64,000 nucleotides of DNA, taken from contig JAAOMT010000441.1 in the NCBI GenBank assembly GCA_016748015.1, positions 62,001-126,000 of the forward strand, read 5' to 3'. The translations under genes were made by a program, and so were the position numbers. Under the pieces are notes generated by a model that was not told the DNA's origin, made no database searches, and worked only from the letters and a program-made list of their open reading frames with translations. Numbering within the stretch: the first letter of the stretch is position 1; each line of letters starts with the position of its first letter. Shown here in pieces: positions 37,073 through 48,359 of the stretch. The DNA comes from Geosiphon pyriformis uo1 (lineage: Eukaryota; Fungi; Glomeromycota).

Positions 37073-39003
37073 TTACGCATAATATTTTAATGATGTCTTC
37101 TTTTTTGCCATAACCTCTTGGATTCCTAGTAAATAAATAGACAGAGTCAATAATATTCCACGAAAAACACTCTTTAAAAGTTATTTACCATCCATAAAAT
37201 CCTCATGACTCAACTCCATGGCCTGTCTCCTTAATGCCAACATACCAGCTTCCACACAAACAGCTTTACACTGAGCACCATTAAATTCATAACAACAACG
37301 CGCCAATTCTTCAAAATTGACATTAGGGCTTACAGTCATTTTACGTGAGTGAATTTGAAGAATACGTGCACGTGCTTCTTCGTTTGGAAGTGGAAACTCT
37401 ATTTTTCGATCAAGACGACCAGACCGCAGAAGAGCTGGATCCAATATGTCAATACGATTTGTGGCAGCAATTACCTGGACATAAAAAATTAATTAGATAC
37501 TGCTAAATGGAGTAAAAGTTTTTCCAATAAAAACCTTTATTCTTTCATCACTGCTGAACCCGTCAAGTTGATTCAATAATTCCAACATTGTTCGTTGAAC
37601 TTCTCGATCACCACTCTTTTCACTATCAAATCGCTTTGTTCCTATTGCGTCTAATTCATCAATAAAAATAATAGCCGGTGCTTTCTCTTTTGCCAGGTTG
37701 AAAGCATCTCGCACAAGTTTAGCACCATCTCCAATAAACATCTACAAAGTTAAAATGCATTCTTAAAATATTTTACTATAAATGCGCGCTATACATTCCA
37801 TAAATTCTTCATACCTGGACAAGTTGTGGACCAGCCAGCTTGAGATATGTCGATTGTGTTTGAGCTGCACAAGCCCTTGCCAGTAAGGTTTTTCCTGTCC
37901 CCGGTGGTCCATACATCAATACGCCTAAATTAGGTTTACGATATTGATGTAAGCTCTAATAGACTAGCCATGTCGAATTCAAGTTATTATAGGGCATCAC
38001 ACCTTTTGGAGGCTTGATTCCTAAATTCTTGAAACGCTCTGCATGCGTCATTGGTAATACAATGGCCTCTACTAATTCTTCTATCTGCTTATCAAGACCA
38101 CCAATATCGTTATAATCTTCTGCGGGTTTTTCATCGACTTCCATGGCCTTAACACGTGAATCATATCTGTTCAACAACATATCGGCTCAGGAAAATATTT
38201 GAAATTGAAGAACCTCAAATCAATAAATAGCCCTAAAGAAATCTTACTCTGCTGGTAATGTATCTAAAACCAGATAGCTGTCCTTGTTTACACCGATCAA
38301 GTCACCTGGCTTCAAGGTGGCAGGGTCAACGAGACCAATTAACGGCAGAAAAATAGTCTAGAAAATGGAGTTTTCCATTGAATGGTCGCACAAATTGATT
38401 AGATCGTAGCAATAAAAATAATATGTAGCTTATATAGATTCTTTACCTGCCGTGTAGATGTCTTGATTACAGCACATTTGCCCTTTCGATGAGCATCTAG
38501 GTCAATGTTAGCCCCATCTTCCTCTGGCTCATCATTGGGATCCATATCGAGAAGCTAATCGAGTAAAGTTAGAAGATGCGTGTCAATTAATTATATGCGT
38601 GACAACAAATCAGATCCACAGAAAAACGTACCTCGACAACATTTCCAACAAGATACGGCAATTGCTTGTTAACCTTGATTTTTTCTTTGTTATCCTTTAT
38701 CTTTTCTTTCATTGAAGTCTGTTCGTGTGTTAAACGCACATGCTCTGATCTCATAACCTTAATGGGAAGTTTGAAAGTCAATTATAAACCAATCGGAAGA
38801 GGGTAAAGGAGGTTTTTGTAGCAAACTCGAACATAGGAACTTGAAGAAGCATATGATAAGATTCACACCTTGATTTCATTCTCCAGCAACCGCGTACGGT
38901 TGACTATTTCTTCTGTACTTGCACGCAAGATTTCTTGGGGTAAGGGTTCCTCCTCATCCTCCACTGTTTTCTCCCGAAGAGTTTTATCCTCAAGTGTGGT
39001 CAT
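37073..39003 (-). CDS. RPT5: 26S proteasome AAA-ATPase subunit Rpt5 (regulatory subunit 6A), multi-exon
   Basis: [119 protein letters not shown]; C-terminus LKYYA*. Confidence 0.97.
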
Positions 39004-39440
39004 TTTTGAAATGTTTATAACTGCACAAATATTTTTCGATTTTGGTCTTATTCGCTTTAGTCAACGGGGATTACGCAAGCTCACAATCTGGATCTCGAAT
39101 CTCGATTTTATTTTTGAACATCAGATTGGATATCTGTTGGTAGCACAATAACAGAAAAAGAAAAATATGACTTCTTGACTCTTGAGTTAGTGAATTCCAC
39201 TATCCGTCTCTTATACTTCCAACCGCTTGAAAAATCGTTTACATGTCGATATGAATAAGGACGCTGAAGGGAGGTATTAAGAACACAGTTCATACAAGAC
39301 CTTTCCTTATGAGCATCCAATTAGTTTGCAATCGGAACGTGCCAAACACGAGAACACCTTTTTTTGTGGTTTGGTTTTTAAGTGTGGCTAGTGTTGAATT
39401 CTTGAACAACACTCGAGTCGAACTAGTTGTATTCGATAGT

Positions 39441-39503
39441 TTCAAATGATGAAGAAACCGTACGCATGATTTATTGAGGATTTTTAATCGGCCTGATTTA
39501 GAA
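39441..39503 (+). ncRNA. Candidate compact box C/D snoRNA unit
   Basis: Box C ATGATGA (39446-52), 13-nt spacer, D' ATGA (39466-69), C' TTGAGGA (39474-80), 12-nt spacer, box D CTGA (39493-96), closed by a TTCAAA/TTTAGAA terminal stem. Confidence 0.6.
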
Positions 39504-39510
39504 GGGACAA

Positions 39511-39665
39511 GATACATACGCTACTGCTATGCGCTTTTGATTTTTTCATGTCGTTGCTTTTTTGTGACGGCATAAAGAATCAATTGAGGCGTAGCTGACT
39601 ATGTGTTGTTGAAGGTCTCTCACTTCGTGATGTATATAAAATTGAGAACGGAAATCTGATGAAAC
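39511..39665 (+). ncRNA. Structured RNA segment: long G-U-rich hairpin followed by a box C-like motif, an 18S-complementary tract and box D
   Basis: Nested pairings GATACATA/TATGTGTT, GCTATGC/GCGTAGC, TTGATT/AATCAA and ATGTCGTTGC/GTGACGGCAT; then GTGATGT (39627), AATTGAGAACGG (39640-51) and CTGA (39656). Confidence 0.5.
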
Positions 39666-40190
39666 GAAACACTTTAACAAAAAAGTTCCGAATTTTCGAA
39701 TGAATTATTGATCACTTTCAGTTTCTTATATTTAATCCTAAACTAGCTTACTTTCGTTTTCAAGAGTCGCAGATAGGCATACAATTCGGAATATATAAAA
39801 GGTAAATATTTTCAAATTTCAAGAATTCCTTTGGCGAACATTTGGGCTTTTGCACTATTACGATTAAATCAAATTTTTAGGAGAAAGGCCAAAATCCGAT
39901 ATCGTGCAAAATTTATTAGTTGATGGAGTAATTGAAAAAATCAAATTAGAAAGTGAACACCACACCAATGATATTTGAGCCTCACAGCTTTGTCAGAATA
40001 GTTAAAAGCTGGTAAAACGCGTTTACAATTTGTCAAAGATGAACGTGTTAATCTTTGCCGGGATTTATCCTCTTAAATTGATCAAGACCTCGGAATAGAA
40101 ATTAATTTTCGATCTCGTAAATTGTTCAGGGTTGGAATTTCTTCACTATATTCAATGGTTCTCGCAAATCCAGTCAATCTAAACTACTTA

Positions 40191-41314
40191 TCATATTTTG
40201 CCTTCTTGTCGTAAAGCGTTATAAAGTGTTAAAGCAGAGAGAGCTTTCATGTCGGGCAATTTCCATAACTCGTTCAATTTCATAAGCTTAACAGTGATGC
40301 TTTCTCCATGATCTCTCAATCCACCCAATTTCCCCTCCAGCTTTTGAACTTCATCGTACGGCATTTCTTTCAAGCATAACACTAACCTCAAAAATTCATC
40401 GCATCCCCCGGGAGAAGGATATGCACCGTGGTACTTTTCGCCAAATGCCAAATCTGTCATATCTATAAGATCCTCCTCCTTTACTTCAATCCCAGTCTCT
40501 TCTTTTATCTCTTCGCTAGCTTTTCCAACAAAATTCCCAGATCCATCAAGCATTCCTAGAACCCATGGAAGATTATTAAAATCTACATATATGACTGAAG
40601 TTGAGAACCCTCAAATATATTCATTCTAGTTAATTACCAGCTGGCAATTCTGTGAATGCAAGAGACGGAACTGAAAGACGTGGCTGAGATGTAAGCACGA
40701 CATGCTCCTCCACGATATCCTCATTCTTTCCTTTAGATCGAAGAATTAATAGGACCGCAACAGATCCACCACGCTGTGAAAATAAATGCCACATGAAGTA
40801 TTCATCAGAGTAGAATATCTTGGAAATAATGAGAGCCAAATTAGAGCTTTCAAACCATAAAAATGATTCCTGGAACATTCTTTCCATTTTCTGTAAGCCT
40901 AGCGTCAACCTTGAACTTGATAAATCCAATTTTTGACCCAAAGTAATCTACATGTTGGATTTCAACACGCTTAATTTCCAATTCCTTTTCAACTTTTGAT
41001 TCCATTTCTTTTGACAAGTCAGCAACCCAATCCCTGAAGGGTTGGAAATTCAGGACAGCAGGGACGTCAATGTCGACTTGCTCAGTCGATACAGGAATAA
41101 GGGTTCCAGCAATTCTGATTGTATTAGTTCCTTCTGACATTCTGAATATATGTCCAGTATGAAACTTTGGGGGAAAAGAAACTTCCAAAGAGCCTAATTT
41201 GTGGACCCTAAAGTGATTAGAGCTTCTAAAAAACGCATAAGACCAAGAGGAATACAATCGCAGCATAAAAGTCCGCCATTGATTTCTTGCAGGTTGCCGC
41301 CACCCTAGTACCAT
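40191..41314 (-). CDS. Nudix hydrolase, ADP-sugar pyrophosphatase-like (plant NUDX14-type), 3 exons; start codon uncertain (ATGs near 41314, 41266, 41140)
   Basis: VDYFGSKIGFIKFK...VPGIIFM|RGGSVAVLLIL...QPRLSVPSLAFTELPAG|MLDGSGNFVGKASEEIKEETG (Nudix box)...YPSPGGCDE...DMKAL. Confidence 0.88.
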
Positions 41315-41440
41315 GTTTGATACTAACCACCGCCACACTAGTTTAAAGTTTAGTGGTCTTTAAAGCCGAATGCTGCGCCTTCCATACAGCCTTTTAAACA
41401 CGGAAATTTGATACTTTGGTCTTTCATTTATCCGAAAATT

Positions 41441-42156
41441 ATGCCCTCCGCTACAACTTCATTAGAACAGCAACAGGGTGGCGAGAGTCAAATGTTCGCA
41501 GTCGAACCAATTACCGACTGTCCTCATATTGCGACTGATTTTTCGCCAGAATGGAATAACGTGGCTGTTGATGGTACTTCTCTCTTTGCAGAAGATAAAA
41601 TGTTTCGTTTTTATACACACGTCTCATGATTATATCGAACTTTTATTTCTAAAGCTCATCAAGAATGTTTGAAGTGCGATGATAAGAGCGAGAACTGGCG
41701 TTGTTTGACCTGTCAAGGCGTGTTCTGCAGCAGGTTTTAAAGTTGAAAGCATCAAATAAACTACAAAGTTAATTTCGAAAAGGTTTCCTTACTATTTTTT
41801 ACCACCTAAAAAAAGGTACGTAAATGGCCACATGAGCCAGCATAATGAGGAAGCTCACCACCCACTCGCCATTTCCCTTAGCGATTTGTCGACTTGGTGC
41901 TATGCTTGTGACGACTATGTTACTAGCCCAGTATGGTTTTTGTTTAAAACTATGAATGCTTAATTCCATTCCTTACATTTTTTCAGTAAATTAAAATGGT
42001 TTTGTATAACTTTAGACATTGAAAACCTTGGAAATTGCCTTTTACGTTTCAAAATTTGGGTCAATGCCTCCTACTGCTGCGTTAGGGAGTGCTATTGCAG
42101 AGGGTAGTGGTGGTAGTGGTGGTGGTGGTGGTGGTGGTGGTGGTTCGTCTTGTTGA
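41441..42156 (+). CDS. Stand-alone ZnF-UBP (BUZ) ubiquitin-binding protein, HDAC6 C-terminal type, 4 exons
   Basis: MFAVEPITDCPH...CLKCDDKSENWRCLTCQGVFCSRYVNGHMSQHNEEAHHPLAISLSDLSTWCYACDDYV is the HDAC6-type ZnF-UBP signature. The protein ends GSGGSGGGGGGGGGSSC*. Confidence 0.9.
42108..42144 (+). repeat. (GGT)n trinucleotide repeat encoding a poly-Gly tail
   Basis: Read directly from the sequence; in frame in the last exon of the ZnF-UBP gene. Confidence 0.9.
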
Positions 42157-42903
42157 CAGTAAATACTGAAAAGTATTTCAATATTGCAATTATGCTATAC
42201 TGATAAATCCAAAAGCCACTAAATTTTTTTAAATTCTTGAAATTGAGAAAATCCTCGCGAAAATATACGATTGAGTTTTGGTAGCAAGGCTATCTCATAA
42301 ATCATACAATCGAGACTCTCAATTGTTGAACTTATTCCTAGCAAATCGTATACCTGTTTTCATGTTGATTTAGTTCCTTTCTTGTGCGAGGGTTTTACAG
42401 CCCAAATAAAAACCATTTATTAATTGTAGGATTTCGAATTTATAATATTCACTATAATAAAAATTAACTTAGAATTAAGAGACTCATCAACGTTGTCCCG
42501 ATAAGAAGGTTCACTTTAAAATTTGAGTTCAAACTAGTTTAATTAACTCATTGATAAAGGTTTAAATTAAAGAATTTTTATCCAGCTGAAATTGTAACTG
42601 AAAGCTAAATTTCAGGGCGTATACGATTCACATCATAAATTTTGAATATCGAAAAGGTGCTAGCGTGTAAAGCAAATGCTTCAAAAGCTAAAGTCTGTAG
42701 CCTACAAGTTATTTTATTGTTATATACAGAATAGATCTCGGCCAATCGCAAAGCGAAATAAGAAAACTACAGAGTAAAATAGTCAAAGGAGAAGGGAAAG
42801 GGAATAAATAAAAGCAGATAAAGAATTTTGGGAAATCCACACATTTAAATTACGTAGTAATAAACAGTCAAAGAAAATATGGTAAAACTTTTAGAGTGAG
42901 CAG

Positions 42904-43562
42904 TTAGGGCATTTTACCATTCTGTACAGTTACAAGACCTTCCTTAGCTTCCGCTTTCCCAGCTTCAGTAGCTTTGGAAAGGATTTCAAATTCTTCAGGA
43001 TTAACCAGCTAGACCAAAGAATCCAAGTTAAGCCAAACTCAAAAATTTTCATAATTTCTATAGTAAAATAACTGATTTCCTTCTACCTTGATCTTTTGAA
43101 ATTCCCTATTAGTTTCAGCGGCTGTATCACCATTTTTTTCCTTCTCATAGTCCAACTCGGCTAACTCATCTGTTACGATACCCCAATTATGTCCACCAGC
43201 ACCACCCTATGGTGATAAAAAAAAAGTGAGCGGACAACTTCTCACGAAGTACCTAAACAAATCACATTAAGCACGAGACCAAACTAGTCTATTTTCCTGT
43301 TTACACATAATATTGATGTACAAGTCTAATAACCTTTTTCGGGTTGCCTCTCTGATCCATCAATCCAGACCTTCAAGTTGAAGAAAAAGATGAAATCAAA
43401 GTTTGTGTGTGAGAAAAACCAATTACGCGTTTTTACAGCATTACAAGTACAGACTGATGAAAAAAATTGCTTGCAGAAAGTTGTTTGAGTGCTCATGTAC
43501 CTAGGCAAATGGCGGTCTTTTAAGAGAGCAGCAGGTGCGTTTGAGGTTTTTGAACGCGTCAT
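42904..43562 (-). CDS. Small hydrophilic Stf2/Tma10- or HABP4/PAI-RBP1-like protein, 4 exons
   Basis: Spliced product MTRSKTSNAPAALLKDRHLPR|SGLMDQRGNPKK|GGAGGHNWGIVTDELAELD...|LVNPEEFEIL...KMP*. Contains the KKxGxGxxNWG motif; introns are GT-AG. Confidence 0.8.
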
Positions 43563-46500
43563 GGTTAATACAATTTTATTTGCGGTTTTTACAAATTGGA
43601 AATTATGGTCTAAAAGACGAGGGAAAAGCCAATTTTGCAAAAATATACTGACAAGAAAATGGAGAGAAACTCTCTCCAATTCCCCATATTTATATATAAT
43701 TTACCTTCTTGATAGGTGGGGCGATTTTTCCCAGACTCGTGTGAATCTGAAGAAAAATGGGCATAAGATCATCAATACGTAATAAAAACCTTTGAACATC
43801 ATGATATATATTGTTTAGTCGGGCGCCAAAAAATAGATCATGCGATGAGTTCTGACTTACAAGATATTGTGCGAGAATATAAAATACTTGTGTAACGAAA
43901 AGAGATAGGTGGAACAAAAGGTCCTTTTTTGGGATAACAAATCAAATGAACAAATTTCATGGAAAACTAAAAATTAAGAGCAAAACTACCTATTTCAAGG
44001 TATTTGAAGAAAAGCATTTTTAAAATTTACTTGACCACCATTATCAATACTTAACAATAATGCTTTTGAGCGACAAAAACAATTTCTCGCCCGATTCCCG
44101 ACAAATGAGCTCGTCAACAGTATCGGCTCTGGGGTCAACTTCAAGCGCCAAAGGCTTATGACCCAACTGGAACGATCAAGCCCGGAGGTTACTACTGTGA
44201 TTGACTCTTCTTGTTTGTCTTTGATCTCCCTCCATTCCGCAAAACTCGTGGTTCTCTTCGACGACGCGACCTCTGACGGGCACAAACTCTTGCAGGATAT
44301 TCTTGCCATCAACATAGCCTTTATCTGCTGCATGCAGCGAAGAAGAGCTTCTCGCAACTGAAGAGAACCCATGCACACAAAAGCACAAGGGAAAGGCAAC
44401 GGCAACTTGTGGCAGATTCCAGAAAACGGAAGGCATCCTCAACCGCACGTTACTATCCTAACCACCTTAGAAGCAGCTATTGAAGCGACGGATGGGCTTG
44501 GCGATATTTGCCTTTAATATTGTAGTAGAATGGAGCAAAAGGCGTCGCATCATAAAGAAACAAGATGGTATCACGGAAAAAGGATGATTAAACCTATGAC
44601 AGTTCAACAAAAACGTCTTCTTTTTGATGATTTTTCAGCTATCTGTGGTGAAAGAAAATTTTGCAGGGCCATCGTCCGTCTTGGCATGCTCTTAAGAGGT
44701 TGCTTAGGCAGCTCCTGCCAACATCACAGACGAAGTGATTGATCAAGCATTGGTTGCGCGAAAGGAAGTTATTAAACATAATTCACAGCGATAGCAAGGT
44801 GTATCACGCATCATCTTTCTTTTCAATCTCGTGAGGCACTGCATCACATCATAACAATTCGTGCTCAGAATTTTGCCACATTCCCTTGGAATCGCTTCTA
44901 TGGCTTCTATGTTTCTTACTTCACACGCCAGCAATATATGTACATGCACATCGATACAAAGTAAAGATAATAAATTTTTTACGTTTTTGTTTTTTTTTAA
45001 GATTGTTTTATATCATTATTTATGTCGTTTTTATGCTATTCATTTTTAAGAATAAACATGTATTATGGCCTCTCCAGTTTGAAAAAAAAGGGTAAAAATA
45101 ACAAATGGCCCAATCCACAAGATCACATGTGATGGCAAGCTCAGTTACTATCACAAAACTGATGAGTGGAGGTTTGCCTGAGTATACGAGACGCAAAAAC
45201 AGCTCCGCAGATCGAAAACTAGAAAATTCATACGAAAAACAGTTAGAAAAATGCTATGTTGGGTGCACTATCAATTTCTTCAAGTCTAGTCATTAAGGCC
45301 GAGAAATTGGGGTTCGTGTTATCCAAAACGAAGCTTGTAGTCAATGTGGCAACATTAAAGAATCGGAGGATCCAAAATGTACAACTGCCGGAATTGTGGG
45401 GATTGTGAGATGAAAATGGCGCTCGGGGGATCTTCCTCCGGGCATTGTTTGATAGAGCTTTGGTTTTATGGTAACCATTCAGGAAATAATAGGCATTACA
45501 TAGCAAGGGTTATCATTGCCTATTATTGATGTGTTAGAATTTGTCCCAATAATTTTTTCAAAGAGCCGTTAATGAACGAACTAAAATTTAGTAGATGCGA
45601 ATTGCATTTATTATGAATTGTGGGAACATAAGTACATACGAATTTCTACAGGAATATTTCTGTATAAAAATGGGTCTGTAGGCTTAAATAAATACATCAC
45701 ATATTTGTATCATGAATTGTCCATGATTTATTATGGTTGTCACACGTTCCAACAGGAGCAAAACCTCTTTATTCTTGATTGCATTGGAAACGATTATTCG
45801 ATAAAAAAAATCTTATCCCAATCAGTACATAAGATGGCACCTGAATTAGTTTTGCTCTTTGGTTTGGAAAGTCGCGTTTAGGAGTTAAACCTTGAGATCT
45901 TGATTAATTATGTAATACAGTCCCCATAAAAAATAATGGCAGTCAAACTTTTACTATAAAACAAAAATAAATAAATAGTTTTCAGAACATGTTTAAATAG
46001 AGTCACATATGCCCATAATAAATTGGTTTTTACGTCAGAAATCATGTTTTAAAAGAAATTTGAGCAAACAAGTGGCCCATTCGAGACTAATGAGCAATCA
46101 TTTGGAATCAAAAATAAGAGTGAGTATATTAATCCCAAAGCTATGTTTTATAGATAATTTGCCACAAAGACTGAAGTTTCAGAGTCAGAAATGTGAAAAA
46201 ATCCCGACACGTAGACGTGATTATAAAATTTCGAGCCACTTTGATCATAACAATAATTTAAAAGAAAGTTTGATAAAAGTTTAAAAGAAAGTTTTACTCA
46301 GATGGCTACGTTGACCTAAAGCGTAATAAGTGATAATTTTTATAAGCTCAAGTTATGGATAATTAGATGTGATAGGTGTGGAAATTTGAGATAGCATATG
46401 TTAAAATTTTGAAACCCGGTTTCACCCTTTTTCTAACGGTTTTTAAAATATTATAATTGTCTCATAATTCTTGGAAGATATTGTGTTCAAGCTATTATTT

Positions 46501-46799
46501 GAGAAAAGTATTTCGAAATAATGATTCAGCTTGCTAATTGCAGTTGAAGAGATAATGATGAAACCAGAAAGCTCCTAGAGTTTTTCATTTTTACATTTAT
46601 TATTAATTTTAATTTCAAGTTGGGTAACTCGAAGATTGACATGATTAGAATAAAAATAAGATTTAAAACAAGTAGTTAATTTATAATAATTCTCTACATT
46701 AAAGGGTGTAGTAACCAAAATAATGCAGCATAGTCTCAAACGTTTATTTAAGAACTTTGAAAATACCTTAATAAATAGAATGCAACGAAATAAAGTTTT

Positions 46800-48355
46800 A
46801 ATATATACTTCAAAAGAAATTCTTATTTAAATTTATAATATTCTTTTTAGAATTTTTTTTTAAATGATTAAATACAAATTATTTAATTATTTAATTACTT
46901 GAATTTGTTATTAAATTTTAAAAATGTAACTTTCCAGGATTTTTCTGTTTGATTCATGTAAAATAAAACAAACAATTATCAACTTGAATTTTTATAATTA
47001 ATAAAAGATTTAATATTTTTCATAATCAGTTCTTTGAAAAATAATAAATATTTTACAATATTTATATTCAAAACTGCTTAACCAGCCACAACATTAATGA
47101 AGAAAGCTGAAACCAAAATGTAATCAATTGTTTTTTTGAAATTAACTCTCTTTTTAAAATTATTTTTATTAAAATTACCATCCAGAATAACAAAAAAACT
47201 TTTATTAACAGTCTTAACTATTAAAAAATTGATAATATTAGCTTAAACAAATCTAGTTTTTAAAGAAACACTAATATAAAAACCTAAAATTGAGACAAAA
47301 AGTTTATTTTTAAAAAGCAATTTGATTGATAAAAGTTGATTAATTATTTTAATAAATTTGTACATATATTTAACCAGATTAATGTTTATAATAAATTGTT
47401 ATACCAGAATTCAAATAATAAAAATTCTAACCAAAAACAAAAACTTTAATACTATTAAATTTATTTTGTCTTAGTAATAATAAAAATTAAATTATTTATT
47501 TTATAATATTTTTTTGCTTAGCAGAATTGTTTTTTTTATATTATATGTGACAATTTTTTAAATTAAACTAATTATTTAAAAAAATACATAAATTTTATTT
47601 TCAAAAAATATTTTATTTAGTCTTAATAAAATTATATTAACAAAATCTAAAAATACAAACAGATTTAATTCAAAATTATTTAACTAAGCAATAATATTAG
47701 AATTTACAAATAATATATTAATAGTTTTTTTAATAAAATTATTTAAAATTATACCAAAATTAGTATTTAAAACCAAAAAAATAATAGTATTATAGAAAAA
47801 AAAAGCATTCAACTTTTTAAATATTAATATAACTTAATTAAAAAAAATTTTAAAATACATTTTATTTTGTTTAATTACAAAACTATTAACAAAAAAATAT
47901 TATTAAAAAATACTATAAAAAGAAGTAAAAATAAATTATTATTATTAAAAATTTTATTAAATAAAAACATTTTTATTTAAAAATTTTTACCAAAAGCTAT
48001 TAAATAAAAAATAAAAATATTTTTTAACATAAAAAATAACCAAATAAGAATAATTAGTTTTTAAAAAAATATGCTTATAAAATTTTTTGAATAAGATAAA
48101 AGAAATATAAAAAAATTATGTTTTAACTTAGAATAACCAAAATACTTATATTTTATACAATAAATTAAATCTAATTTAATTCAAAATAAATTCATAATAT
48201 TAAAAACAAAAATAGTATAAAAAGTTTAATTAAAAATTTTTTTAAATTTAAAACATATAATAATATATTTGATTTTAATATTAATAATAAATACGTAATT
48301 AATAATACATGTTTTCTTATTAGTTTTATTCAAAAATTTATTTAAATATTAATAA
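46800..48355. other. Extremely AT-rich tract, probably end-stage decayed transposon DNA
   Basis: Nearly devoid of G, with residual ACCAG/AACC-type words like those of the minus-strand LINE. No ORFs; homology is not demonstrable by eye. Confidence 0.45.
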
Positions 48356-48359
48356 TTTT

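Noticed and set aside
39108-39517. Minus-strand ORFs of 70 and 75 aa
   Set aside because: No recognisable motifs or splice structure; the region is better explained as + strand structured RNA.
39150-39750. Telomerase RNA, U3, U14, RNase P or RNase MRP as the identity of the structured region
   Set aside because: No CCCTAA-type template, no U3 box A (GGATCATTTCTATAG), no U14 domain A/B, and the P4-like strands are in the wrong order.
35777-43562. RPT5, ZnF-UBP and neighbours as a functional proteostasis gene cluster
   Set aside because: These are unrelated housekeeping families with no shared motif seen; adjacency is expected in a gene-dense island.
44233-44275. PQNSWF as the start of an HMG-box (RPxNxW/F) gene
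   Set aside because: It needs a frameshift immediately afterwards, and no further HMG helices or conserved Trp can be traced.
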